Below, one piece after another: positions 35,306 through 48,853 of a stretch of 64,000 nt of DNA; position 1 is the stretch's first letter, and each line of letters opens with the position of its first letter. This DNA is from Macrostomum lignano (taxonomy: Eukaryota). Location: positions 124,001 through 188,000 of the forward strand of contig NIVC01001242.1 of assembly GCA_002269645.1 (NCBI GenBank), in the 5' to 3' direction. The notes under the pieces are model-generated. The model was not told the DNA's origin. It ran no database searches and saw only the letters and a list, made by a program, of their open reading frames with translations. A program made the translations under genes and the position numbers.

Positions 35306-37213
35306 TCAGTCACTAGAAGCAGCAGCAGAAGCCTCACTGTCCCTCTCCAGCACTCTGACCACAGCATCGGCAAAAGCGGCGTTAGAGAACTTGTCAGTCA
35401 CGTGACGCCTACCAGCCCGACCCATAGCGGTGCGCAGGCCCTCCTCATTAACCAGCCGACCCATTGCAGCGGCAAACTCAGACTCGCCAGGCTCGCACAA
35501 GAAACCAGTAGCTCCATGCAGTACAGTCTCCAATGGTCCGCCATTATTCACTGCCACCACGGGGCAGCCGAGATACTGAGCTTCAACTGGCACAATGCCA
35601 AAATGCTCACCAGATGGAGTATAGATCAGAGCAGTGGCGATCTTCAGTAGGGCCGCTTTAGCAGGTGAGCTGCAACTGCGCAGAAAGGTGACCCGATTCG
35701 ACACCTGCAACTCTTCAGCCAGCTGACGCAACTCTTCAAAGTGTTCCACATTCTCCAACAGTCTCGAATCGTAGCCACCAGCAATGACCAGATGAGCTGA
35801 AACCGCAGAGCCTCGTCCTTGATCGTTCAACAATCTTGCAAAGGCTTGCAAAGCCAATCCGACATTCTTTTTACGTTCGTAACGGTTCAATGACAGGAAC
35901 AGGCTCCGGCGAGTGGACGGCTCCGGCAGGCAGGCCTGAAGCTCTTCGTCACCAGACGGATCGGCAGCGGCAATGTCCAGCGAGGCGAAGTTGGGCACCG
36001 GGTAGACGATGTGCAGTTTGCGGCTGGCCAGGGCCGGGAAGGTGGATCTGACCACGCTGGCTGTAAACCGGCTGTTCACCATCAGCTTATCAGCCCGGCC
36101 GGTGGTCCAGGCTTCCAGAGCGTCTAGCGGGCGACGATACAGACGTTTCAGACGACCGGAGCGTTGAGTAGAGAGCAGCAGGTCCGGGTAGTGGCAGTAG
36201 AACAGGGTTCGCCGGGAGAACCAGCGTAGCAGAGGCACCGGGGCTGAGACCTGTGGACCAATGGTGAATCGCGGAGAGGGTACTATGGGGAAGGAAAAGA
36301 GGGAAAAGGCTGGATCTATAGGAGGCAAAGGGAGAAGATGCGAAAAGTATTAAAAAGACAGGGAACATGCGGAAAAGAGGGTAGTTTGGGAGGGGAAGAG
36401 CGGGATAGATAGTAGAGGGTGGAAATGGGGAAGAGGGGAAGAGAAAATCGAAGGGGCAGAGAGACAGTAGAGAGGAAAGAGGGGGAAGAGGGGAAGAGGG
36501 GGAAGAGGGGGAGAGAGGGTAGAGGGGGAAAAGTGGGAAGAGAGGGTAGAGGGGAAAGAGAGGGCAGAGGGGGCGAGAGGGTAGAGGGGGAAGAGGGGGA
36601 GAGAGGGTAGAGGGAAAGGGACGGGACGGAAGAGGGGGAAGAGGGAAAAGAGGGTCAAGGGGTGGAAGAGAGGGTAAGGACAGACAGGGGGATCTCTATC
36701 TCTATCTATCTACAGAAATAAAGTAGCCATAAGAGACAAAATACACTTGTAAGTGAAAAAATTCCGAACCTGATCCACAATAACCGCCCGAGGAAAATTG
36801 GCTCCCCTCCAGCCGATCAGCACGTACAGAGCTGCCCACAGCATACGCAGACAGGCACACAGAGCGATGCACCTGCCCATGAGAGACCTCGGCAGCCAGG
36901 ATGCGCTGACAAACACGTCCAGCTGGCCGTTGCGCGTCTCCTCAAAGCAGTGCGACTTATCGTGATGCGCCGTGATGAAGGAGACTGGATAGCCGCGATC
37001 TTTCAATGCCAGAGCCATGTCCACCATTGCTCGTTCGGCGCCGCCTATGCCCAGATCCGGGTGCAGAAAGAGCACAGGGCCCGGGGCCGGCTGCTCCCGG
37101 CATTGGCTTCGATTGGGTTCGCTATTTGAATGCGACATCTCCTCGTCACTGCTGACGTCATCGCCGCTGCTGACGTCATCGTCACTAATTGGCGGATTCT
37201 TTGAGCCCGACAT
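35306..37213 (-). CDS. ALG2: Alpha-1,3/1,6-mannosyltransferase ALG2 (GT4), 2 exons, about 462 aa
   Basis: Exon 1 is 37213-36770 (VLFLHPDLGIGGAER) and exon 2 is 36250-35306 (FYCHYPDLL, SLNRYERKKN, EHFGIVPVEA). A phase-0 intron joins ...VIVDQ to VSAPVP and contains a GA-rich tract. The start codon is uncertain. Confidence 0.93.
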
Positions 37214-37314
37214 GCAGAATAATTATATGAAATAGGTTAAGTAGATTATTTAGACAGCTGGTCTAAAGCGTTGAAGGTATGTGCGCCCTTTACAGCTAAG
37301 GGTGACTCTCATAC

Positions 37315-37765
37315 AGCCTACAGACATATTCTGTACAGTCAACAGTAAGACTCTATATACAGTCTACAGTAAGACTCTACAGTCTACAGTAGGACTATAC
37401 AGCCTACAGTAAGACTCTATACAGCCTACAGTAAAGACTCTATACAGTGTACAGTAAGACTCTACAGTCTACAGTAAAGACACTATACTGTGTACAGTAA
37501 AGACTCTATAGAGTCTACAGTATAAGCCTCTATACAGTCTACAGTAAGACTCTATACAGTCCACAGAAACTTTATACAGCCTACTGTAGGACTGTATACA
37601 GCCTACTGTAAGACTCTATACAGCCTACTGTAAGATTATACAGCCTACTGTAAGACTCTATACAGCCTACTGTAAGATTATACTGTCTACAGTAACTCTC
37701 TCTATACAGCCTGCTGTAAGATTATACAGTCTACAGTAACTCTCTATAAAAGCCTACAGTAAGAC
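37315..37765. repeat. Degenerate minisatellite (TACAGTAAGACTCTATACAGCC-like) upstream of ALG2
   Basis: Imperfect tandem units of about 20-22 bp. Confidence 0.85.
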
Positions 37766-38842
37766 GAGTTTTTTTATGAAAGTTTCTAAAAGTACATACA
37801 TAGATAGTTTAGGATTTAAAACTATGACTGTCATATTATTTCACACGTAGCCATAAGACTTCGCGAAGGTACAACTCATCTTCTTTCTACGATTTTACTA
37901 TTTCGTTTCTTAAATCTCTTTACTCAGCCAGCTTCACAAGAGAATAGCAAGTATACAAGAATACCTTAGATGCATCGAATTTAACATCTTGGATTTTAAC
38001 CAACTGTACAGAAAATAAACACACTAGCTAAGAACAATTGTGTTAGAAAATTGCCTGAGACCAGAGGTAGACTAAAAAAATTAAACGAGTACAGTAAGCA
38101 GAAACAAGGATCTCTATTTTTAGACTGTTCATTTAATCGTAGATCTACTCTTCTCTACAAATATTATTCTATAGCATTATTAAAAGTTGCCAAATGCACT
38201 GAATATTTTATTACGAATTTACTACTTGAGTCTCTGACAAAATGGAATGGAAGCTAGCGGAATTGATGCATTGGATTACACACTGACTAAGAAACAGTGG
38301 TGCCTTTCAACAGCTAACAAGGGACTTTTGTAAATAGAATTTTGGCCAGTGTCAACTCATGAAACCAGGATAAAATTTTCAGGCCCAAGGTTCTATACCC
38401 TAGCATGGAATTTTAAGGCCTTTGAGGACTTGGACTTTTAAGTTTTTGAGCAAATCAAGTAGTTTCTCAATTTCCCAATGCTTCAGAGCAAGGGTTCACC
38501 CCTACCTACCCACTAAAGGGCACCCAAAAATAAGTAAGCTTGACTCAATCAAGCATATATGCACAAATTTCACTATAGACCAGTACCTTATTGCAACCAA
38601 GGGTCAAATAGTGCCATATTGTTCTTATAGTGCACAAGAATAAATTAAAAAGTGCACTAAACAGAGATATGCCTTTTCTTTATTTGCTCAATCAGTTGTT
38701 GAATTGTACTGGAGTATTGCCATTTTCAAAAACACTTTTAGCTGCAATAGGGAAGGCAAAACAGGTGTCTTTAACCCAATAGGAAAAAGTTAAACTTTGG
38801 TAACTAGCTAATCTTTGTAGATTTTCATATCTAATAAGGTTT

Positions 38843-39167
38843 TAGCCTAGTAGCTAATGTCAGACTAATGACTTGAGGGTCAAGGGTTTATTTTCAACCC
38901 ACTTGGAACAATTTGTATCCTTGAGTAAGACATTTAACTCTACATTGCTTTAGTTCACCTAGCTGTACAATAAGTACTCAGCAGTAGCTGGGACTATTGA
39001 GGGTGTGTCTGACAACCTCCCCCCCCAGACTGTCCCAGTCCTTAGACTAAACAGCCATTTGAAACTTTTAGACATGCCATGAAATAGCTGCAACTAAGCT
39101 GTCAGTTGCACATCTGGTACAATTGGAGCAGGTATACTCAATGTTATTATTATTATTAGATAGTGCT
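38843..39167 (+). mobile_element. Full-length SINE copy, hypermutated (no CpG left)
   Basis: Colinear with the reverse complement of 54331-54640 from the tRNA head to the (TTA)n tail. The differences are dominated by C>T and G>A changes. Confidence 0.85.
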
Positions 39168-42100
39168 TCATGGGTTAAAGGCATAGGCTAAACTTTTTAC
39201 TTTTATATAGCAATATAGAATAACTGATCATGGTCATAAGCTAGGGGTATTTTCTTTAGCCAAAAATAAATATATCAATAAACTTTAAAGCAACTACAAA
39301 TCTATAAAATATATTTAGCTAAGTGAATTAGCAGTAATGTGGTATGTATACTATTATAGTAAGCTCAAATTAATGTTTCAAATAAAAATAAATGATATAT
39401 AAAAAAGCTAGAATTTATATTTTTAATAAATCAATATTTGTATTTAACTTTTCAAATCAATCAATGATGTATAAATTGTAGAAAAAATATCATATTATAT
39501 AAAAATAGTTATACTGCACTTCTTACAGTCATTAAGAATAAGAATAGGGGCTAAATCTTAATATGTAATGAAAAATCTGGCATACACAGTGTTGCATTGT
39601 TAAGTTTAATTAAGTGGCACAATAATTTGGTAGAATAAATGATGTCTCCATTTTTATAAATTATTCACAAATGATGCTAATAGAAATGATTCACAATATA
39701 TAATATTAAGGCATTGGAATGGTAGGCCATATGGGCACAAAATGGGATAGTAGGCACTAGGCACACAAGATATACAGTCAATAATTCAAGTCATTTAGTT
39801 AGATATTTAGTGACAAGTTCAGTGGTAGACTCCAGCATTATCTTATAGTTTTATGAACTGCCAAATAAAAAACAAATTTAGAAGTACTCTATATTAAAAT
39901 TTTCTTACTTTTGAGCATCCTTTAAAATATAAAAAAACAATTCTTAAACTGCTAAACTGAACTTTTATAATCTAGTTTCATTTTGAAATGATTTTTACTA
40001 TAATAAAAGTACATTTAAATTTGGAATATGGCTACGTAAGTTATTACAACAAAACAAGTCCTATTTAAATAAAAAGCTATAAGCACACAATTTCATCTCT
40101 AGGGCAAAGGCAAAGACAAGCAATGTGTTAGTATGAGCAAGTATAGTGAGGCAGGCCCAAAGCAATTATGGTCCATAAAGAAGCTTAAAGCAACCAAAGC
40201 TTAAAAATATTAAATTAGTTTAATAATAGCAACATACTATCTTGCTAAGGTAGACAATATATATAAAAACCTATGCAATACATAATATTAGGGATTAAAG
40301 ATAGTAAGTTAAAACACATGTATAGCATATAAAATGTAGATTGGAATTATAAGAAGGGAATTGAGATAGTAGGATAGAGTGCTTGACCAATAAAAGCAGT
40401 ATTATTTGCTAAGAAAGATGCAAATGAATGCTAAGGTATAGCATGATAAAGATAAGTGTTAAGCATAGAAAGGGGAAGGGTAATTTTTTGTATAGTTTTT
40501 AAGAAAATATTTTATATTAATTGGTTTTAAAATATATTTATTGGCAGTTGAAATAAGCATCTTAGACATGTATTGTTTCAATTATTTTTAGGGCCTATAT
40601 CCTAAAAAAGTTCTTTTTATAATTTTATTTTGTCTACATCTAATATATTTAATATAAAATATATTAAAGTAAATATTCCCTATTAGTATCTTTTTTTCAT
40701 TTACATAAACTAGTTTTAATCAAGTTATTTATTCTAGATATTTTTAAGCCAGTTGCTTTATTATTTATCAAATAAAATTAAGATTTTTTGCAATCAAACT
40801 TGAATTAGTGTTGTCTTTTACTTTTGTACTAATTTCTCATTTTAGACTTAAAAAATAAATTATAAATAATCTTTCAAAGCAAAGTATTATGAAGAGCATA
40901 GAAAAAAGAACCTTACTAATAAATTATGGCCTAAAAATTGATATAACTCAGACTAAGAGAAGGCTTACTACTCAAGATTAAATACATTAAAAAACAGGCC
41001 AAGCTGGTATATCTGCCATCTAATATGGCATCTGACAGAGTTGCTGCTGCTGCACCCTGTACAAATTTGTGTAAAATTGTGATTAAAATAATGCATAGAT
41101 TAGCTAGATTTTAGCACATTGAACTAGAGTGCTTCGTGCATGGCCATGCACTCGACTAAAAAAGTTAATTAAGCTAGGCCCAACAATATGTATAACAAAT
41201 CTGAAGAGTTGATAATTTTATCACTTCAAACAATATTTTATTACAAATACGAATTTAGGAAAGCGTTGATCGAATAAAATATGTCTTGAAGTAAATTTAA
41301 TTCAAGATTAAAACTTTGCTTGAGCTTTACGAAAAAAAGCTTACGCTCAAGACGGGGACCTGAACAGTTTGATCTCAATGAGAAGCTGCAGAATTTAAAA
41401 CTGCAGTCTAGCACGCTTGAGCAAATGTTAAAAATAAATTAGAAAACCTTCGTAGCTTAACAAATCTAAAGTAAATGGCACAACTCAGTAACTTTAAAAT
41501 CAATATATATCGCTATAAAACTATTTTGACTACAAACATAAAATAGATACATCAGATTTTAACTCATTGAGTATTTTAACGACGCTATGGTTGAGCAATT
41601 AACAATATTGCTCACTGTTAAAAGTAAAAAATGGTTATGTAATAAATTTGCACACGATGACGACATAGTTAACTTAAGTTAAATTTTAGTAAAATTTAGC
41701 TAAAAAACTATAATTTGTAAAAAAACTAATCTTGTCATTTGAAATGAAGGACTAGCTACTATAACTAAAAACAAAAAATCGGTTACTGCCCAAAGCAATC
41801 CTTAACTTTTGCACCGGTTGGGATTTTTGCCGGTTAGACAGCGGTGCATGAGTAGGTGAGATTTTTGTTGGCAGTCGTCGATACCCAGTTATATCTGTTC
41901 TTTAGCAATAGCACTATACATGTATAACACGTACACCATACGGGCGTAAATATAGGATGTGCAAAAACTTTGATGCCTGCGTTTCCTGCACTCCTTGCCT
42001 GGATATTTAGTTCAGACCTTAAATAAAGTCCACAAATGCCTGTATACATGTACATACGCACGTGTATCTGGCCCCTTGATTATGTGTACAAAAAGGCAAG

Positions 42101-43701
42101 TGCCAAAAATTTTGATGGGGGGCCGGGCATTTGTGTCCCTCCAAGCAGTTGCCTCTCTGTCGAGAAGTCTTCGCTTCATTTTCATGCACATTTAGATTGT
42201 ACATACATGTACAGCTGATACCACGGTATAGCTGGGGTATGCATATGTACATATACTCTTCTTGAAGTCAAGCCAGCGCCATGATGTACAGTACGACCGT
42301 TTCAACTTGTGGGATGTTTTGGACGAGTTGAACGCATCTTAGATCTCTATAGTAGTTGCAGTAAATCAGGATCAGCATTCTCAACAAATGACCTAGCTCC
42401 ATATCATGCTACCATCTGTAGCCTCTGACTGCTGTACCGAGACGTCCTCACAGAAAGAAATGCATGGTGTACAACATTATTCATGTCGAAAAACGATATT
42501 GTCGACGTCGATTTACTGTACGAGATACTGTACTGTACTGAAAGACACAAACTTCTGTGAAAATCCATAGCGGTTTTTACCGCCTTGAACGATTTTCTGA
42601 ATTGAAAACAAAATACGCATACGACCAAGAGACAAAAGGCTTGTACTTCATTTACGTTACGCGAGTCTGTTCAAAATCTCTTAAACTGATACATGTATAT
42701 ATAGTCGTGCAAGAAAATCAAATAAAACTTCTTAAGGTACTTCAATTACAGTACCTGGCTTTTAGTATTGTCTGACGCACTGCTTTTCATTTCGTTCTCT
42801 AACTTTAAGTGTGTAGCGGACACATGTACTTTTGACAGAGCCAGCCACTGCTGCTCAAACTGTCTATGGCCCAAATAAACTCGAGCCGTAAAAGGCCCAG
42901 CCGCAGCACTTTATTAAAAGACAAGCGGTCTTCATCCCGCCGCACGCGAGCCGCTTCAAGTGCCTAATTTGTACAGCATACGTAAGATATTCGATCTGCA
43001 AGTTTTGCAACTCAATTACTTTATATCATTAAATAGCATTTTCTTTTTTGGACTTTCCAAAATCTCATAGTCTACAAGTTGTATATATAGAGGTTCTTAA
43101 CCCTATACTCTAGCTGGCATGCAATTCTAGCTGCAGCTGTCTGTAATCACACGGATTTGCACAGTCATCAAATACTCTCATTAGCAAGCTGAAAGCAGCT
43201 CACTTCGAGCACGTGTGCGGACATTTATTGATTCCCCAATTATGGCTTTATAGCTATCCACAGCGTCACTAATAAACTCTGTTCCTAATTGCGCGGGTCT
43301 GCAAAATTCTGTACAATTACTGATTTATAAAAAGTATTGTCAGAAATCAGGACTTTTAAAATAGTTTCTTGCCTACTTTTTTTGATCCCGAGGTTACATT
43401 ACTGCAGAACATTGACATCAATGTCCCGCACACATTGATGTACGCCGTTAATAGTGAGAAGAGGCAAGTCTACCGAATGGGACAGCATAGGAAATCAAAT
43501 CAGTCGATCATGAACGCCAAAATGCAAAAAAATAGTTCACAAAGAACCGCTGCGAACGAAGACATTAAAGTTGGGTATAAATATTATTACAAGCCTAGTT
43601 GCTATAACGCGCTAAAACTGGCCTCATTTGATGGCAGTGTGAACATCCTTTAGACTCACGCAAACAAACAATTATCACTACGTACTCACCTCAATTTAAA
43701 A

Positions 43702-43750
<49 letters not shown>

Positions 43751-44153
43751 TCTAAAACGAATCAGTCCAGCAGTTGAAGTTTGCCCATTATTGGAGCTTA
43801 ATAAGAAAAATCTAACATAATAGCAACGGGATGTCCATAGTCACCTGGTGTCATCTGTTGAAGGTGCCGCCGGCGCCGGGATGATGACGGGGAATGCCTG
43901 AGAGACTAGCTAAGGATGTCCAGTAGTTGAGACTTGCACACTGTCGAGGCTTGATCAGTGAAACTAGATAAATTATAGCAACAGGGTGTGTGTGTGTGTC
44001 CAAATAGTCATCTCTGGTGCCACCTGTTAAACGTCCAGTAGCTCCAATTTGGTCGTACCAACGAATTCAGAGCCGATGCAGAGACATGTGCATCATCAAC
44101 GTGCTGATGAAATTTAGAGAGGCTTGGCAAAGGTAACTGTAGTACGTAGTAAT

Positions 44154-44578
<425 letters not shown>

Positions 44579-45401
44579 AAGAGACGATAAATGGTGAGAC
44601 AACTTCATGTAAACGAGCGCTGTGAGTTCATTAGCTTTAATGTCAATTTTAACATATTACCATTCTCTTGAAGTGTTTTTCAATAAATTAAAAGTGCAGC
44701 CACCCACTGACGTTCCGCTAAAGTTGAATTAAAGTTAATTACTAGTAACTAGTACCTTCCGCCCACTCGCATGTTGTTAAACTAATTAAGAAATTTCGAA
44801 CAGGGAAGGAACTGGAACTGGGAATGAATCGTTGACTAAAACAGTAAAATGGCACGTATGAATTTCACTTCGTTCTGGAACTACTTGTAGATAATTGGAC
44901 TTTTGTAGGCGGCATTTTGTAGGCGTACAACTCTGTAATTGGGCTTGTCCTAATCTCAATTAGCTCTCCTACCTAGCCTTGAAATCTTCATCACTTTGCC
45001 AATTAATACGAGCGTAACGACTAATGAGAACTGAGATTGAAAACTCTATTCTTCTCATGAGCCATCCCGATCGTGTCTCTCTTTAATGCACGGAGTAAAC
45101 GGAAAATAAAGGTGCAATTTTTAGGAGAAGACAAACGTTCGTTTCCTTTGAGTAACACTTTAAAGACGCTTTTTTATATTCAAATATTGCACGCGTAGGA
45201 TGAATTTTTTATGACATGTACCGTAGACCTATTTTAAACAGTGTAACAGATAGAGTATAAATTTTATTGCAAGAATTTTAATTATTAATGCAGTACTTTT
45301 ACATTTTTTTATGAGCTTGATTGATTCTGCGCCGGATCAAAATGCAGAATATGCACTGTCGTTTCCTTTTGGGATAATATTTAATATTCTAAGTGCATGC
45401 G

Positions 45402-46130
45402 TGTGCTGGCGCCTCTGGTGCTGGCGCCTCTGGTGCTGGCGCCTCTGGTGCTGGCGCCTCTGGTGCTGGCGCCTCTGGTGCTGGCGCCCCTGGTGCTGGC
45501 GCCTCTGGTGCTGGCGCCTCAGGTGCTGGCGCCTCTGGTGCTAAAGCCTCTGGTGCTGGCGCCTCTGGTGCTGGCGCCTCTGGTGCTGGCGCCTCTGGTG
45601 CTGGCGCCTCTGGTGCTGGCGTCTCTGGTGCTGGCGCCTCTGGTGCTGGCGCCTCTGGTGCTGGCGCCTCTGGTGCTGGCGCCTCTGGTGCTGGCGCCTC
45701 TGGTGCTGGCGCCTCTGGTGCTGGCGCCTCTGGTGCTGGCGCCTCTGGTGCTGGCGCCTCTGGTGCTGGCGCCTCTGGTGCTGGCGCCTCTGGTGCTGGC
45801 GCCTCTGGTGCTGGCGCCTCTGGTGCTGGCGCCTCTGGTGCTGGCGCCTCTGGTGCTGGCGCCTCTGGTGCTGGCGCCTCTGGTGCTGGCGCCTCTGGTG
45901 CTGGCGCCTCTGCTGCTAAAGCCTCTGCTGCTAAAGCCTCTGCTGCTAAAGCCTCTGGTGCTGGCGCCTCTGGTGCTGGCGCCTCTGCTGCTAAAGCCTC
46001 TGCTGCTAAAGCCTCTGCTGCTAAAGCCTCTGGTGCTAAAGCCTGTGGTGCTGGCGCATCTGGTGCTAAAGCCTCTGGTGCTAAAGCCTCTGGTGCTAAA
46101 GCCTGTGGTGCTAAAGCCTCTGGTGCCACT
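45402..46130. repeat. GC-rich 15-bp minisatellite GGTGCTGGCGCCTCT with a GCTGCTAAAGCCTCT variant block
   Basis: About 48 units; the variants cluster at the right end. Confidence 0.97.
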
Positions 46131-47199
46131 GCTGGTGCGCCTCCTCCTACAAACAACTTCTGGCTCCACCCCTGACTACGCATTTACTCGTACTTACAAA
46201 ATAATCTACAAAAGAATGTATACTTGCAAACAAGCTGCTCAGAGTTATTTCTGCATGTGCGTTAGACCACTTTTCTCAGACTTAACTCATAACTATTACA
46301 AGCACTTTACTGTATGCTTTTACGAGTATTAACGACTAAATTTTCCGCATTGTAAATCATTTAAACATCTGCTAGTAAACATATACGCAATAGGTAAACG
46401 GTAGATTATAACGTTCGAAGTGTTTAATGTTATTTTATATTTATATTTTATATTTTAAAAGCCGAATAAATACTAATGATGACCAATAAATGGAGGCCAA
46501 AGTGTTCTTATAAGAAGACACCTCTGTCCACTGTATATTCGCACTTGCTTTCGTCTCTAGCTAAAACCTAATTTATGAGTCATGTTATTCTCCCAGGCAT
46601 ATTATTTGCATTTCTCAACCGTTTGTCTCACATAATTGAACTGCAGGGTCAATATTCATAATACCTTATATATAGCGAATGCAAACTGTACGCTGAGGAA
46701 AGAATTGGTGGATGGACAGTTGAAATGCGTAGATGCGCTGCAATGCTTGCAGCTAAACTCGAAGTTTGCACAATAGGGCGTGTGTCGTTGTGTGTTTCTC
46801 GATGGTTGGTCATCACACAAAACTATATACAGCCTAAGAGCTGCCTTCTAAAGGCGTTGGCGATGGACTGCTGACTGCCTGTCTGACGCAGGTCTTAGTG
46901 CACAGGTGGGGTGAGGCAAAATAAACTATTCTCATTCATTCGAATATCTCTGCTTTTTCTACCCCCCTTACTCCAGCAGTAACCTGGCAACAGCGAGGAA
47001 CAGCAGAGAATGGGTGGACGAGAGGTAGATAGTGAGAAGAAACCAGAAAAAAACTACGGAGACAGCTCTGTCTCTGTCTTTCTCTCCACCTTTCTCTTTG
47101 CACAAAAATATTTTTAAGGCCGAACATCGCCATAAAGCTTTTTACAGGGTTTGTCAGTTTGATTGAAACCGATTTTGTCTTACAAATCGGATAGTCGAT

Positions 47200-48814
47200 A
47201 TGCAGTCACCTGTAGTTGGGTGCTTTCTGCTGCTTTTGCTTGGCTCTGGTAAGTTTTCAACCAATTTACACCCTTATCGTATTAATTTTCAGTCGAATAT
47301 GTAAGACCCAATGACAAGTTAAAAATTAGTACGGAAAACTTTGTTTCTAAGAATTTTTGAAGGCTCGAAAATGTAAAAATATATGTCACTGTCAAGACGT
47401 TTGATAGCGGAAGTGCAGATTAAGTAACATTAGCTGTCGTTTGTTAATGGCTCTACATGCTCAATAGAACCGCTAGATTTGAGGCATGTGTTGAATTTGT
47501 TGTCTCTAATTTGTTGAATACTCATAGAATTGTCAAACGAATTGCCCAGTTGCGATAAAAATTTCGACGTAGATATTCAAGTATAAGAAAATAACGAAAA
47601 TCTCAGTCCTCAGCCAAAATAAATGATGATTGACCAACAATTTAGCTTTTCTTGTAGCTTTTTATTTCTCAGCGTTTCGGTAATTTGTAGCTCTACTTGA
47701 TTTTAAGTATCAGAAATCAAAGTTCAACTTTTTTACCCACCAAATAGCTATTATTGTCTCTCTTTAAGTCCAGATTGTCTTATTCAAGTCAAGAAAAACA
47801 TTTCCTGCAGACGAACACGCTGTGTGAAACGTTAGTTTCGCGATATATATCGAAAAAGAATACTTTCGGTGTTGGTTACCGTGTAGCTGAGCGGCAACGC
47901 GTCCGACTTCTAAAGTACACACGCACCTTTTTCGATTCCGTACTTAATTGGTGACATTAATTTTCGCCATCGAAGCCGATGAGGGGTCAATCAACAAGTT
48001 TAGGAGGGTTGGTTGCTGGTGTGAAAGTATGGACTCCTGCACATCCCTTCACAGTTATCCTTTTGTACGTGCTCAGGGATGACTGCCAATTAATAATTTA
48101 TTTGTTTAATTTCCTCTTTGAAGTCGCGCTCGCCCAGACTCCGGTGAGTGTCCGACTTGTCGGCCCGTCTGGTCTGTCCGGAACAGAAGGCGTGGTCGAG
48201 GTGACCATGAGCGACGGCTCCGTTGGACGCTACTGCGACTCTGGCCTGGACAACAATGCCCCATCAGTGATCTGTGCCATGCTCGGCTACAGAGGCATTG
48301 TTGGTTACAGAATCCCAACGCCGATTGTAACAACTGGGAACACCAACTTTGTTATTGCCACGACTGGCGGCTGTCCGTCCTTTTTGGTGAGATGTGCTGA
48401 CTGACTGACCGACTGACTGACTGACTGACTGACTGACTGACTGACTGACTGACTGACTGACTGACTGACTGACTGACTGACTGACTGACTGACTGACTGA
48501 CTGACTGACTGACTGACTGACTGACTGACTGACTGACTGACTGACTGACTGACTGACTGACTGACTGACTGACTGACTGACTGACTGACTGACTGACTGA
48601 CTGACTGACTGACTGACTGACTGACTGACTGACTGACTGACTGACTGACTGACTGACTGACTGACTGACTGACTGACTGACTGACTGACTGACTGACTGA
48701 CTGACTGACTGACTGACTGACCGACCGACCGACCGACCGACCGACCGACCGACCGACCGACCGAACGACCGACCGAGCGACCGAACGACCGACCGAGCGA
48801 CTGATCGACCGACC

Positions 48815-48853
<39 letters not shown>

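Noticed and set aside
38236-42370. A + strand protein gene spanning the CpG desert (short frames such as MEASGIDALDY... and ...HDVQYDRFNLWDVLDELNAS*)
   Set aside because: I could not link the fragments with consistent splice sites or recognise any homology. It remains an alternative explanation (methylated gene body) that RNA-seq could test.
45389-46332. APEAP / GASGA / VLAPL repeat proteins (elastin- or mucin-like)
   Set aside because: Several overlapping frames are open only because a 15-bp stop-free unit is repeated. There is no signal peptide, splice context or unique domain.
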